A DNA stretch of 64,000 bases from Kiritimatiellia bacterium. Lineage in GTDB: Bacteria > Verrucomicrobiota > Kiritimatiellia > RFP12 > JBMNHG01. The stretch is from NCBI GenBank assembly GCA_050950285.1, contig JBMNHG010000003.1, forward strand, positions 62,001-126,000, written 5' to 3'. Every line of letters begins with the position of its first letter. Position 1 is the first letter of the stretch. A program made the translations under genes and the position numbers. The notes under the pieces are model-generated. The model saw nothing but the letters and a program-made list of their open reading frames with translations. It was not told the origin of the DNA and did no database searches. Below are positions 52,087-61,769 of this stretch, piece after piece.

Positions 52087-53274
52087 TCAGGGCTTTTCGA
52101 CAACGCCGCAGAACAGGACGACGCCGGTCCGGTCGTCCCGGAGGACGACGACGAAGGGCCGGTCCGCCCGGAAGAGCTTGTACTCCGGCGGGGGAGGCGG
52201 GAGGCTCGTCGCTCTCACCAGGATGGCCGTCGCGGCGGCGGCCTCGGTCTTTTCCTCGTCGGCACGGAGGCGGGTCGCGTGGATGACGCTGTCGATGTAC
52301 AGGTCGCGCGTGCCGCCGATGCCCGAGAAGTCCGCGCGGGCGGAGAAGGGGGTCGCCATTCCAAGCTTCTCCAGCAGCGGTTCGATGGCGGCCGAAAACT
52401 CGATGTCGAGCTTCGGAAGCCACACCTTGACCGCCGCGTCCCCCTGGTCCAGCCATGGGTCGAGGGCGCCTTCGGAGAGCCGCTCCAGCGTCCGCGCGAT
52501 GGAACCGCCCTCCGCGTCGGGGAGGATGGCGATGAAGCGGAAGCGGGGATCTTCATAGGGCAGGGCGATGCCCCGGATCGCGGCGTCGGCGTCTTCGAAG
52601 TAGCCGGCGCGGTCGAACGCCGCGTGCATCAAATCCACGTCGCCCGCGGAGCCGTCCCCCCGCGTGAAGGGCGCTTTGCGGGTGTTCTCCCGGGGGAACT
52701 CCACCCTCCACTTCGCGCGGAAGTAGAGGGTGTTCACGAGGAGGAGCTTCGTGCCCGGGGAAATGGCGTCCGCCGCGAGGAGGGAGGGGATCATCTCCCC
52801 GGTCGTCCGCGACACGAAGCGATTGATGTCCGACGCGGCCTTCGCGGGATCCCCGAAGTCCGTCGGGAAGACGCCCGCGCCGAAGGTCGCCCGGATGGCG
52901 TTCCGGTACTCGGGGAGCAACGCCTGGCCGAGTCCCACCCAGGCGGAATTGGAGGTCAGCGCCTTCGCCTGGGCCGACGACTGGATGGATTGGCCGATCT
53001 CGCCCAGGAAGGCTCCCGCTTCCTCGGGAAGGCCGAGCACGGATCGGATTTCCGCTTCGGTCTCGCCCTTCGCCCCCAGCCAGACGAGGCCGAAGGCCGA
53101 GTTGATGCTGTAGGGCGAAAGCAGGACGTTCCCGGACCCCCCGGCGTCTTCGACGGCCAGGCGGAGGAGTTCGAAGCCCCGCGTGTTCATGGCCGCGACG
53201 GCCTCGGGCGAGGCGGCGAGGCCGCGGGCCGCCACAAGCGAGGCGGAGACGATGGCGAGGGGGAGGATTCGCAT
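52087..53274 (-). CDS. Secreted serpin
   Basis: NVLLSPYSI, GAKGET, INRFV..T.EMI, VNTLYFRAKW, LPK, hinge EEKTEAAAAT, FRADRPF. Confidence 0.93.
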   Translation of the reverse strand: MRILPLAIVSASLVAARGLAASPEAVAAMNTRGFELLRLAVEDAGGSGNVLLSPYSINSAFGLVWLGAKGETEAEIRSVLGLPEEAGAFLGEIGQSIQSSAQAKALTSNSAWVGLGQALLPEYRNAIRATFGAGVFPTDFGDPAKAASDINRFVSRTTGEMIPSLLAADAISPGTKLLLVNTLYFRAKWRVEFPRENTRKAPFTRGDGSAGDVDLMHAAFDRAGYFEDADAAIRGIALPYEDPRFRFIAILPDAEGGSIARTLERLSEGALDPWLDQGDAAVKVWLPKLDIEFSAAIEPLLEKLGMATPFSARADFSGIGGTRDLYIDSVIHATRLRADEEKTEAAAATAILVRATSLPPPPPEYKLFRADRPFVVVLRDDRTGVVLFCGVVEKP

Positions 53275-53362
53275 GGGCGTGGACCTTTCGATGGGGAGTC
53301 GCGTTGCACGGAACCGTCGCCGGGGGATCCTTTTTCTTCGACAGGATGCCCGTCCGGCGGAT

Positions 53363-56300
53363 TTACCAGTCGAGCGCTTCGACGGCGCGGAGGCAGTCCT
53401 CGGGCTGGCTGGCGCCGAGGACGAGCTGTCGCCCGGGCGCGAGCCGGGCGCTGTGGCGGCCGTCGGCCCGGGAGAGGCAGGGAAGCGAGAGCATCACGAG
53501 GGAGCGTCCCATGCCGGGGAAGTCCTGGTTCACTTCGAGCGGGAGCCACCCGCATTCGCCCTGCAGGGAGATGAACCCGTACATGAGCCCGTTGTCCTGG
53601 CAGTTGCCAAGGAGGATGTCCGCATGGACGGGGGGCGCGCCGTAGCCGGGCCATCCGTAGCCGTCCATGTAGTCGTCGCGGCAATTCTCGACGCGGGCTC
53701 CGGCCATGGTCACCGAGGCCGTCACGCCCAGGCGGGTGCGCAGGCGTTCGGCGAGGAGGTTCGCGGCGGGGAGGAAGCGGCGGTCGCCGCAGCCGATGAG
53801 GACGCCTTCCTTCTCCCGCAGCCGCTCGAGGTAGGCGCGGACCTCTTCGGGGTGGTGGATGGTGACACCCGCCGGCAGGACGTCGCCGGCGGAGGCCTCG
53901 GCCACGCGGGCGCGAACGGCCTCGGGGGTGTCGCCGGCGGGCGGGGTTTTGCCGAAGAGCCGGACGGAGCCGCCTGCGGTGACGGCGAAGACGGCGGACT
54001 GGGCGGCGGGGATCCACGTGGCGAAGCGGAGGCGCGCCGCGTCCGCAGGCTGGTCGCCGGAGGCTTCGCGGGCGGGGATCGCGGTGAAAGGCACGGGGAC
54101 GCCGAGGCGGGCGTCCACCACGAGCCCGGCGCCGGCGGCGGGGGCTTCGGGCACGGCGACCTCTGCGGTGAGGATGGCGCCGGCGAGGGTGGAGATGAAG
54201 TATCCGCGCTCCCACATGTAGTTGATTTCGGTGTTCGCGATGCCGACGTAGAGGGCGTCGACGCCTTCGCGGCGGCGCGGGAAGCAGTAGGAGGCGCGCA
54301 CGGGCGTCTCTTCCTCGAACATGTACTCCTGGTAGTTCGGGCCGTTGCGGTACACGTGGTACCAGTCGGGGTCGTCGCCGCGCTGCGACCGCAGGTAGCG
54401 GCCGCGGACGAGCACGGCGGGCCGCACGACGCCGCGGCGGGCGAGCTCGCGCTCCACCCATTGCTCGTAGCGCTTCTGCTCCATGTTGCGGTTCGGGTTG
54501 CGGTGGTGGGTCAGCCCGAGCGCGAGTTCGTAGGGCGCGGATTCCCAGTATTCGAAGCCGAGGGGGAAGCCGCACAGCAGGGACTCGCCGTCGCCGAAGC
54601 GGTGCTCGACGATGGCGGGCTGCGTCTTCGCGCCATCGTACCAGGCGCGCGGCGTGCCGTCGCCCGCGGCGAGGACGGCGGCGAGGCCGGTCTCGAACTT
54701 GTAGGAGCGCGGGGGGAGGTTGCCGCCCTGGAAGCAGCCTTCGGGATGGGTGGTCTCGAGCTTGTCGGGCTGGACGGGGCCGGGCTGGCGCATGGCGGCG
54801 AGGTCGGCGCCGAAGACGTCCGCCAGGGGCAGGGACGCGCGTTCCGTGCCGTCGGGCGCGAAGCGGCCCGGCGCACCGAAGCCGAGGAGGATGCCGCCGG
54901 AGCGCACCCAGTCGCGGATGATGGCGCAATCGGCGTCGTCCATCGCCTGGCAGTTGGGGAGGACCAGCACGCGGTAGCGCGGCAGTTCGGCGGCGAGCCG
55001 CGCGTCGCCCACGTAGGCGAAGGGCGTGTGGATGCGCTGGAGGAGGTGGCCCCACGCCATGGCGCTCTTGTAGGTGCTCTTGCGCGAGCGGCGCAGGCTG
55101 TCCTGGCTCCACAGGATGGCGACTTCCGCATCGACGGGCCGGGTGTTGAGCAGGACGGGGGCGATCTGCGCCATGCGGAGCGGGGCGATCCAGTGGTTCC
55201 CGATGCCGCTGTCGCCCAGCTGGCGGTCGGGGTAGCGGAACCACGATCCGGGGAAGAGGGCGCGCACGGAGCGTCCCTGGTTGCCGTGGACGAGGTGCAC
55301 CGAGTCGTAGAAGGGGGCATGGGAGGCGGCGGAGGATCCGCACATTCCGCAGCCGGAGTGGATCATGTGGTTCCAGAGGGGGCGGCCGTCCGCGAGGCTC
55401 CGCAGCAGGACGAAGCCGGCGGGGCTGTCGGTGGCGGTGCTTTCGACGTCCGGAATCGCGGCCAGGGCGTCGAAGTCGCGCGAGAGGCCGGTGTGGCCGT
55501 CGATCATGCGGTGGAAGTCGTCGCTCGCCACGGGCAGCTGCACGCGCACCCCGGGCCAGCCGGCCTTGAGGGCGTCGCGCACGGCGGACAGGGATTCCAC
55601 GAGCCAGCGTTCGCGGAAGGCCTCCGCGCGAAGGAACTCCGGCGTGCCGCGCCCGAGTTCCTCCGGGGGAATCCAGCGCGTCGTGTTGCCGGCGGCGCGC
55701 CACCCGGCGGCAATGGCGTCGGAGACGTCGGTCACGGCCTCCGTCTCGACGCGCGAATCGATGGAGATGGCGTCGATGGACTCGGCGGCGGTGTCGCGCA
55801 GGTGGGCGGCGTAGGCGGCGAGGAAGGCGGCGTAGGCGGCGCGCGTGGGCTCGTGCGAAAGGTTGATGCCCACGAGGTTCGTCTGCACGCCGCCGGTGCG
55901 GTTGTCGCGCGCGGGCACGTGGAGCCGGCAGGCGGCGCCCTGTTCTTCGGCGAACCAGTCCGGCGGCGCGCCGTTGAAGGTGCGGAGGCGCGGGACCATG
56001 CGCATCCCGCGCCCGGCAAGCAGGGCGACGGCGCGGTCGAGCGCCGCGAAGTCGTAGACGCCGCGCGACGGCTCCATCGCGGCCCAGTCGCACGCTGCGG
56101 CCCAGTCCACCTCGGCGAAGCGCGCGCCGAGCGCCTTCGCCTTGTCCGCCATGTACGCGAGGTCGGCGTCGGACTGCCCGAAGAACGCGTCGTCCATCGT
56201 CCATCCATACTGCAGGCCCGCCTCGCGGGAGGCCTCGCGCACCGGATCGTCCGTCCACGGCATGGGCTCGGAGACGATTTCGAAGGGGCGCGTCTCGGCG

Positions 56301-56794
56301 GCCTTGGCGCGGACCTGCGCCACGAGCTCCGCCTTGAGCGCGACGGCGCGGTCGTAGAGCGAAAGCGCGTCCGCCGCGGCGAAGCGGCGCGCCGCGGCGA
56401 CCAGGGCGAGCTGGCCGGCATCGGCGGCGGGCGGTCCGGCGGAGGATCCGTCATCGCCGCCGCTCTCGCGCGGAAGGCGGCGCGCCTCGGATGCCTGCGC
56501 GTCGCGAAGGGCCTGGAGCGCCTGGCCGCCATGGTCTGCGGCCCGGATCACGCCGTACAGCCCTTCGGCCTCGACCATGAGGGTGTCCGCCTCGGGATCC
56601 CGGGCGGGACCGCCCCAGTCCTTCAGGTAGCGCGCCAGCGTCCGCACATCCTGGATCTCGGCGATGGCGGCGCGGTGGAGCTTCCGCACATCCTCCACGC
56701 GCTCCTGTTCGAGCGACACGCCGTCCGCGCGCGTCGCGACGGCGGACAGCAGGAAAAACGGCAGGGACGCCCAAAGGGACCATTCGCGTTTCAT
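53363..56794 (-). CDS. Large secreted GH42-like (beta-galactosidase-like) protein with trimerisation domain
   Basis: Signal peptide; WAAMEPSRGVYDFAALD, PPDW, AEVAILW, YRVLVLP..WVRSGG. Confidence 0.7.
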   Translation of the reverse strand: MKREWSLWASLPFFLLSAVATRADGVSLEQERVEDVRKLHRAAIAEIQDVRTLARYLKDWGGPARDPEADTLMVEAEGLYGVIRAADHGGQALQALRDAQASEARRLPRESGGDDGSSAGPPAADAGQLALVAAARRFAAADALSLYDRAVALKAELVAQVRAKAAETRPFEIVSEPMPWTDDPVREASREAGLQYGWTMDDAFFGQSDADLAYMADKAKALGARFAEVDWAAACDWAAMEPSRGVYDFAALDRAVALLAGRGMRMVPRLRTFNGAPPDWFAEEQGAACRLHVPARDNRTGGVQTNLVGINLSHEPTRAAYAAFLAAYAAHLRDTAAESIDAISIDSRVETEAVTDVSDAIAAGWRAAGNTTRWIPPEELGRGTPEFLRAEAFRERWLVESLSAVRDALKAGWPGVRVQLPVASDDFHRMIDGHTGLSRDFDALAAIPDVESTATDSPAGFVLLRSLADGRPLWNHMIHSGCGMCGSSAASHAPFYDSVHLVHGNQGRSVRALFPGSWFRYPDRQLGDSGIGNHWIAPLRMAQIAPVLLNTRPVDAEVAILWSQDSLRRSRKSTYKSAMAWGHLLQRIHTPFAYVGDARLAAELPRYRVLVLPNCQAMDDADCAIIRDWVRSGGILLGFGAPGRFAPDGTERASLPLADVFGADLAAMRQPGPVQPDKLETTHPEGCFQGGNLPPRSYKFETGLAAVLAAGDGTPRAWYDGAKTQPAIVEHRFGDGESLLCGFPLGFEYWESAPYELALGLTHHRNPNRNMEQKRYEQWVERELARRGVVRPAVLVRGRYLRSQRGDDPDWYHVYRNGPNYQEYMFEEETPVRASYCFPRRREGVDALYVGIANTEINYMWERGYFISTLAGAILTAEVAVPEAPAAGAGLVVDARLGVPVPFTAIPAREASGDQPADAARLRFATWIPAAQSAVFAVTAGGSVRLFGKTPPAGDTPEAVRARVAEASAGDVLPAGVTIHHPEEVRAYLERLREKEGVLIGCGDRRFLPAANLLAERLRTRLGVTASVTMAGARVENCRDDYMDGYGWPGYGAPPVHADILLGNCQDNGLMYGFISLQGECGWLPLEVNQDFPGMGRSLVMLSLPCLSRADGRHSARLAPGRQLVLGASQPEDCLRAVEALDW

Positions 56795-56886
56795 GGCACA
56801 ACCTCCGATGTCGATGAGGATAGCATACCTCCGGCGCCGTTGTCCCCGAAGAAAACGCGCGGGGGGGGCGGCGCGCCGCCCGCATG

Positions 56887-59800
56887 TCACGGGGCGGGCG
56901 CTTCCGGGGGGATGCGCTCGAACCGCCACACCTGGACTTCGTTGTAGCCGAGGCGCGTCTCGAAGCCGGTTTCCGCGAGCGCCGCCGCGGACGTTCCGGG
57001 GAAGCCGCGTCCCGTGATGGCTTCGGAGACGCGGTAGTCGCCGTCCGGCAGGGAGAGGCGGATGGTCCCGGCGTCGGGCACTTGGTCGCGGCTCGTGACG
57101 AGCAGGTACCAGGTGTCGGCGCCCTTGCGGAGCAGGTGGGTCCAGAAGAGGCGCGTGGAGGTTTCGACGGGGAGCGCGGCGCCGGCGTCGCGCGCGATCT
57201 CGCGGAAGAACGATCCGCTCGCCTCGCGGCCGGATTCGCCGTGGGGCACGACCGCGTTGTACCAGAGCACGTATGCCCGGCCCTTGCCGACACGCTTGCG
57301 CGTGAGGCCGGGAACGCCGTCGTCCAGGCGCCGGAGGAGCGCCTCGCCGGCGTCCTGCGGGGGCTCGAAGGAGGTGCGCACGTTCACCCGCAAATCGCCG
57401 CGGTCCGCCCATGCCCCGGCGGCATCCGCCTGCAGGTCGTGGCGCACGTCCCAGGCTTCGGAAAGCGGCGCGCCGAAGCCGAGACGGCGGAGCAGGCACC
57501 AGTCCTCGCCTTCGTGCCCGATGATGCGTCGTCCGGAGTCCGCAGTGAGGAAAAGCGTGCCGCCCTTCCTGGCGAAACGCGCGAGGTCGTCCGCCTCGGC
57601 GGCGGAGAGGATGGTCTGGCCCGGCGAGACGAGCACGCACTTCGCCTTCTTCCAGGCGGGCGTGGCGTTCATGCCGAGCGGGAGTTGCGCATCGAGGAAG
57701 GCGCGGGCCTCCCATCCGCCGCAGTCGAGGCCGGCGGTGTTCACGGATCGCGATCGCACGAGCTGGCCTTCGAAGCCGGCCCAGATGCGGATGTCGCCGA
57801 AGACGGGGCGGGCCTCGCGCAATTCGCGCCAGAGCGGGATGAAGGATTCGAAGCGGTCGAGCGAATGCGGCTCGCGGCGGAGGTCGGCGAATTTCGCGTC
57901 CTGCGGGATGAACATCTTCCAGTGGCCGTTCGCGCCGCCGCCGCCCATCATGTTGAAGAGCGATCGGTCGAGCTGGAAGGGGATCCACGACCACTGCGTG
58001 CAGGAAATCTCCTCGGCGCGCTGCGGGACGCCCGCCTCGGCGTAGGCGCCCTGGAGGAAGGTGGATTCCGGCACGGCGCAACCGCCGTTTGCGGAGATGA
58101 CGCCGAACGCCGCAAGCTCGGAGAGGCGCGTGTTGATCACGCCGTCGAGGTAGACCATGACGATGCGGTGGGGGTCGAGGTCGCGTATCGTCTTCGCGGA
58201 TTCGAGGATGAAATCGTAGATGCCGTTGCGGCGGAAGAGCAGCCAGTCGCGGCGGAAGGCCATCGGCGCCTCGTCGCGGACGGACGGCGGGCGCACGGCG
58301 TCGAACGAGCCGAAGGCCGTCCCCCACGCCCGGTTTGCACGGGCGATCGTTCGATAGCGCTTCCGCATCGCCGCGCGGAAGTTCGCGAGCGTATCCGGGT
58401 CGAAGCCTTCGTACCAGCCCGCCCACGGGGCTTCGCCGGAGTGTTCGGAGATGTAGAAGTAGCCAAGGAGGCCGGGATGGTTCCGGACGTGGAGGACGAG
58501 GGCGCGGAGGTAGTCGAGCGCCGCGCGGCGTCCCTGCGGATCCTGGAAGAGGTTGAAGCGCCCGCCATGGAAGAGGTAGGCGGTGTGGCCGAAGCGATAG
58601 CCCTCCGCATCCCGCGTGAAATGCGAGGGGACCCATTCGGGCGGGGCCAGCGGGGCGAAGGTGACGAAGCATCGGATGCCGCGGGCCGCGGCCTCGTCGA
58701 GCACGCCGTCGATCACGGAGAAGTCGTAGACGCCTTGCAGGGGTTCGCATTCGTTCCAGGAGGTCTGGATCTCGGCCGCCCGCGAAACGCCCGAGGCGAC
58801 CATCTCGTCGAAGAGATTCGCATAGTGCTCCACCGTGCGGGCGGGGTCGTGGATCATCGGGCAGAAGAGCACGAGCTGCTCGGGGCCGTCGCGGATGTCG
58901 CGCCAGTCCGGGGTGTCGGCCGGGCGGCGGAACCGGGCGGCGTCCGACGGGCGCGACCGCCTGCCGACGAGGCGGGCGAGCGTATCGAGCGTTGCGCCGG
59001 AGGGCGAAACGAGGCGCGCCGTCACGGTGTACGCGCCGGGGGGAAGGGTCGAGAGGTCGAGCGGGATCGTCGCTTCGCCGGCGTCGAGCGCGTGCTCCCG
59101 GGCGAGGAGGACGCGCCCGTCGCCCGCGGCGACCTCGATGCGGGCGGTGCATCCCGCGGCGTCGAAGAAGCGGACCGTGGTGCGCCACGCCTCTTCCGCC
59201 CCCCAGGTGAACGACGGGCGTTCGGGGGCGATGCGGATGTGGCCGGCGCCGATCCGGGCGCCGGCGGGGATGGGCGCCTCCGGGAGCGGATCGGGAGAGG
59301 CGTTCCGGAAGACGTCGTAGCGGAACTCGAGCTCGCGGAGGAAGGCCGGCGCCTCGCCCTGGAAGCCCGACCGCAGCTTGGCGCGGATCCAGTAGGTGCC
59401 CTCGGGAAGGGCCGGGAGGCGCAACGCGCCGGCGAAGCGCAGCTTGAAGGGCGTCGCGTCGTCCGGGGCGAACTCGAAGGTGCGATTCCCGCAGAGAAGG
59501 GGCTGCCCGTCGTAGGTGGCGCGAAGCTCCCAGTCCAACAGATGCCGGTCGCCCCAAATGCGGCCGAAATCGGTGGGGCGGAGCGCCGGGGCGCCGTCGG
59601 CGGCGCCAAAATACTCGGCATCTTTGAAGCCGTAGTAAAAGGGCTCGGTCCGGAAGTCGGCCCCGGTGACGCGGAAATTCGAGAGGTAGAGCGCGGTGTC
59701 CTGCTCCAGCGCCTCTTTCCGTTCCAGCCGGAGGCCGAGGAAGGCGAAGGGCGGAACGGGCGTCCGGTGCCCGGCGTCGAGCGGGCGGAAGGACTCGGGG

Positions 59801-60237
59801 ACGGGAGACGCCAGCCCAGGCACGCGCACGCGGACGATGCCCAGTTCGTCCAGCCCGCCGCGGAAGCGGCCGCCCAAGAAGTTCCCCCGCTGGATCGTCG
59901 AATACGACTCGGTGAAGAAGAGAAACGGATGGCCGTCGGCATCCCGGACGAGCGCGTTCATCAAGGTGGGGCAGATCGTGCCGAGCGCGGCGTCGAAGAA
60001 GACATCGTGCCCGTCGGGAAGCACGATCGGTTCCGTCAACAGCAAATCATGCCGGGTCTCTCCGCCCGCCGGCGCCAGACCCGCCGCCAGCCACCCCGCC
60101 TCCGACGACAGGGGAAGCGGATCCCCCTCCACCCTCCAGGCCCCGGGCCCGGCCAGCCGTTCCATCGGCGTCGTCTCCGCCCAGGCCGCTCCCAACGCGA
60201 AAACCGCCATCGCCACTGTCATCCGTGCGTTTCCCAT
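56887..60237 (-). CDS. Large secreted GH42-like (beta-galactosidase-like) protein
   Basis: Signal peptide; WNECEPLQGVYDFSVID, PPEWV, HPGLLGY..SE, FRAAMRKRY.TI..NRAWGT.F.SF, DW..FR. Confidence 0.75.
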   Translation of the reverse strand: MGNARMTVAMAVFALGAAWAETTPMERLAGPGAWRVEGDPLPLSSEAGWLAAGLAPAGGETRHDLLLTEPIVLPDGHDVFFDAALGTICPTLMNALVRDADGHPFLFFTESYSTIQRGNFLGGRFRGGLDELGIVRVRVPGLASPVPESFRPLDAGHRTPVPPFAFLGLRLERKEALEQDTALYLSNFRVTGADFRTEPFYYGFKDAEYFGAADGAPALRPTDFGRIWGDRHLLDWELRATYDGQPLLCGNRTFEFAPDDATPFKLRFAGALRLPALPEGTYWIRAKLRSGFQGEAPAFLRELEFRYDVFRNASPDPLPEAPIPAGARIGAGHIRIAPERPSFTWGAEEAWRTTVRFFDAAGCTARIEVAAGDGRVLLAREHALDAGEATIPLDLSTLPPGAYTVTARLVSPSGATLDTLARLVGRRSRPSDAARFRRPADTPDWRDIRDGPEQLVLFCPMIHDPARTVEHYANLFDEMVASGVSRAAEIQTSWNECEPLQGVYDFSVIDGVLDEAAARGIRCFVTFAPLAPPEWVPSHFTRDAEGYRFGHTAYLFHGGRFNLFQDPQGRRAALDYLRALVLHVRNHPGLLGYFYISEHSGEAPWAGWYEGFDPDTLANFRAAMRKRYRTIARANRAWGTAFGSFDAVRPPSVRDEAPMAFRRDWLLFRRNGIYDFILESAKTIRDLDPHRIVMVYLDGVINTRLSELAAFGVISANGGCAVPESTFLQGAYAEAGVPQRAEEISCTQWSWIPFQLDRSLFNMMGGGGANGHWKMFIPQDAKFADLRREPHSLDRFESFIPLWRELREARPVFGDIRIWAGFEGQLVRSRSVNTAGLDCGGWEARAFLDAQLPLGMNATPAWKKAKCVLVSPGQTILSAAEADDLARFARKGGTLFLTADSGRRIIGHEGEDWCLLRRLGFGAPLSEAWDVRHDLQADAAGAWADRGDLRVNVRTSFEPPQDAGEALLRRLDDGVPGLTRKRVGKGRAYVLWYNAVVPHGESGREASGSFFREIARDAGAALPVETSTRLFWTHLLRKGADTWYLLVTSRDQVPDAGTIRLSLPDGDYRVSEAITGRGFPGTSAAALAETGFETRLGYNEVQVWRFERIPPEAPAP

Positions 60238-60330
60238 GGGGTAGAGTATCGACGATTCCGCAGTCCAAGGGAAGGGATTTCGCTCCCGTCGCATGGGATC
60301 GGCCCGGCGAGCCTCGCAACGCGGCTTCGG

Positions 60331-60370
60331 AAAAAGAAAACGGCGCGCCGCGAAATTCGCGGCGCGCCGT
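60331..60370 (-). terminator. Intrinsic terminator of the beta-barrel gene
   Basis: ACGGCGCGCCGCGAA-t-TTCGCGGCGCGCCGT followed by a U-rich tract on the minus strand. Confidence 0.85.
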
Positions 60371-60406
60371 CTGGTTCGGGATTCCGGGTTGGCCGGACGC
60401 GGGGAC

Positions 60407-61168
60407 TTAGAACACGCGGCCCCAGCCCACGGCGCCGACCCACTCGACATCGTAGCCGTAGGGGTTCTCGGAGGTGGCGTCGGGGAGGACGTCGTCGTCG
60501 ATCTGGACGATATAGCTGCCGGAGACGTAGAAGTCCTTCCAGCTGAGCTTCGCGGTGAGGAACGAGCAGGCGAAGCCGTCATCGAGCTCGCTGCCGGACT
60601 CCTGGCCGATGTAGGTGCAGTCGGCTTCGAGGCCGAGGCTGACGCCGGTGTCGGCCAGGGGGATGTCGTGGCCAATGCGCCCGATCAGCTCGTACTTGCC
60701 GGTCGAGGGGCCGCCGACACGCCACTTGAGGCGGAGGGAGGGGTTGAGGTAGGGGACGGCGTAGCCGACCTTGGCATCGAAGACGTGGTCGGTCTCGGCG
60801 CCGATCCGGGGATAGTCGTACTCGAGGTAGCCGACGTAGAAGGTCAGGTCTTCGTCGCCGATCATCTGGGCGAGGTCGAGATTGGCCCAGAGGTCGATTT
60901 CGGAGAAGCGGCCGGACTTGTAGGCGGAGTCGAAGCTGTCGTCGAGGTCCATGTTGCCCCAGAATCCAATGACGAGAGGAAGCGCGGTTTCTCCGATCTT
61001 CATTCCGGAGACCTCGACGCAGGGCCACAGCACGGAACCGTCGTTGACGGTCGTACCGGACGGGACGTAGGCGGTTTCGTAGTCGACACCGACCCAGACG
61101 TCGGCAGCAAGGACGGCACCGGCGCAGAGGATGGCTGCGATGGTGGAAACGATGGTGGAGGACTTCAT
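60407..61168 (-). CDS. Outer-membrane beta-barrel protein (TIGR02001/TorF-like)
   Basis: Signal peptide; WGNMDL, SEIDL, GYLEYDYP; alternating beta-strands; C-terminal Phe. Confidence 0.75.
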   Translation of the reverse strand: MKSSTIVSTIAAILCAGAVLAADVWVGVDYETAYVPSGTTVNDGSVLWPCVEVSGMKIGETALPLVIGFWGNMDLDDSFDSAYKSGRFSEIDLWANLDLAQMIGDEDLTFYVGYLEYDYPRIGAETDHVFDAKVGYAVPYLNPSLRLKWRVGGPSTGKYELIGRIGHDIPLADTGVSLGLEADCTYIGQESGSELDDGFACSFLTAKLSWKDFYVSGSYIVQIDDDVLPDATSENPYGYDVEWVGAVGWGRVF

Positions 61169-61318
61169 TGCGGATTGGTTCCTTTCGTTGTGTATCGGGG
61201 GCCAACATCCCGAACCATGGCGGCCTGGCCTGGAAGGGCCAGGGTTAGCGGGCATCATACGAAAACCCTTCGCGGAAAGGAAGCCGAAAGTTTACGGAAA
61301 TCTAACATTCCAACATTC

Positions 61319-61621
61319 GAGGCTCTTGCAAAACCCAGCCGGACGACAGCCATCCAGCCCGCCGGGGACGGCGGTCCCCAGGGGCGGCCGTCCCTCCAGG
61401 CGGCGACACGCGACACGTCGCGGGCGCGTGGGTGTAGACGCGGCGTCCCCGCCGCGTGTGGCGTGCGTTGACGGGCGCGTGTGTCGCGAGTCGAAGGTCG
61501 AGTGTCCTCTCCCTGATCCGTCCGATCCGACAGCCCGCCGGGGACGGCGGTCCCCAGGGGCGGATCGGGAGGGTCGGGCTCCGTCCCGGCCGGTTTGGGC
61601 GAGGGGTTTCGCAAGCGCCTC
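61319..61621. mobile_element. MITE-like element, long copy with internal duplication and REP hairpins
   Basis: 18-bp TIRs GAGGCTCTTGCAAAACCC / GGGTTTCGCAAGCGCCTC (16/18 match); identical 33-bp direct repeat at 61355-61387 and 61531-61563. Confidence 0.8.
61434..61457 (+). repeat. GTAG-type REP palindrome inside the MITE
   Basis: GTAG + ACGCGGCG-tccc-CGCCGCGT. Confidence 0.7.
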
Positions 61622-61769
61622 GTTCCTCGAGAAAATCGAATCAAGCGCTCACAACGCGAGAGAAACCGCCGGGCCATTGGATACGGGACGCCTTCGGGCA
61701 CGATACGGCCTGCGTCTCCACGCCTGGAAGGGTTCGTCTTCCCCGGCGATGCTGTGGTACACTTCGGGC

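Noticed and set aside
53363..59557. A single 2064-aa ORF
   Set aside because: The upstream part is an out-of-frame shadow of the neighbouring gene; the real start is 56794, with GGAGG and a signal peptide.
61355..61563. CRISPR array from the 33-bp direct repeat
   Set aside because: Only two copies separated by about 143 nt, inside TIRs, with no cas genes; better explained as MITE internal duplication.
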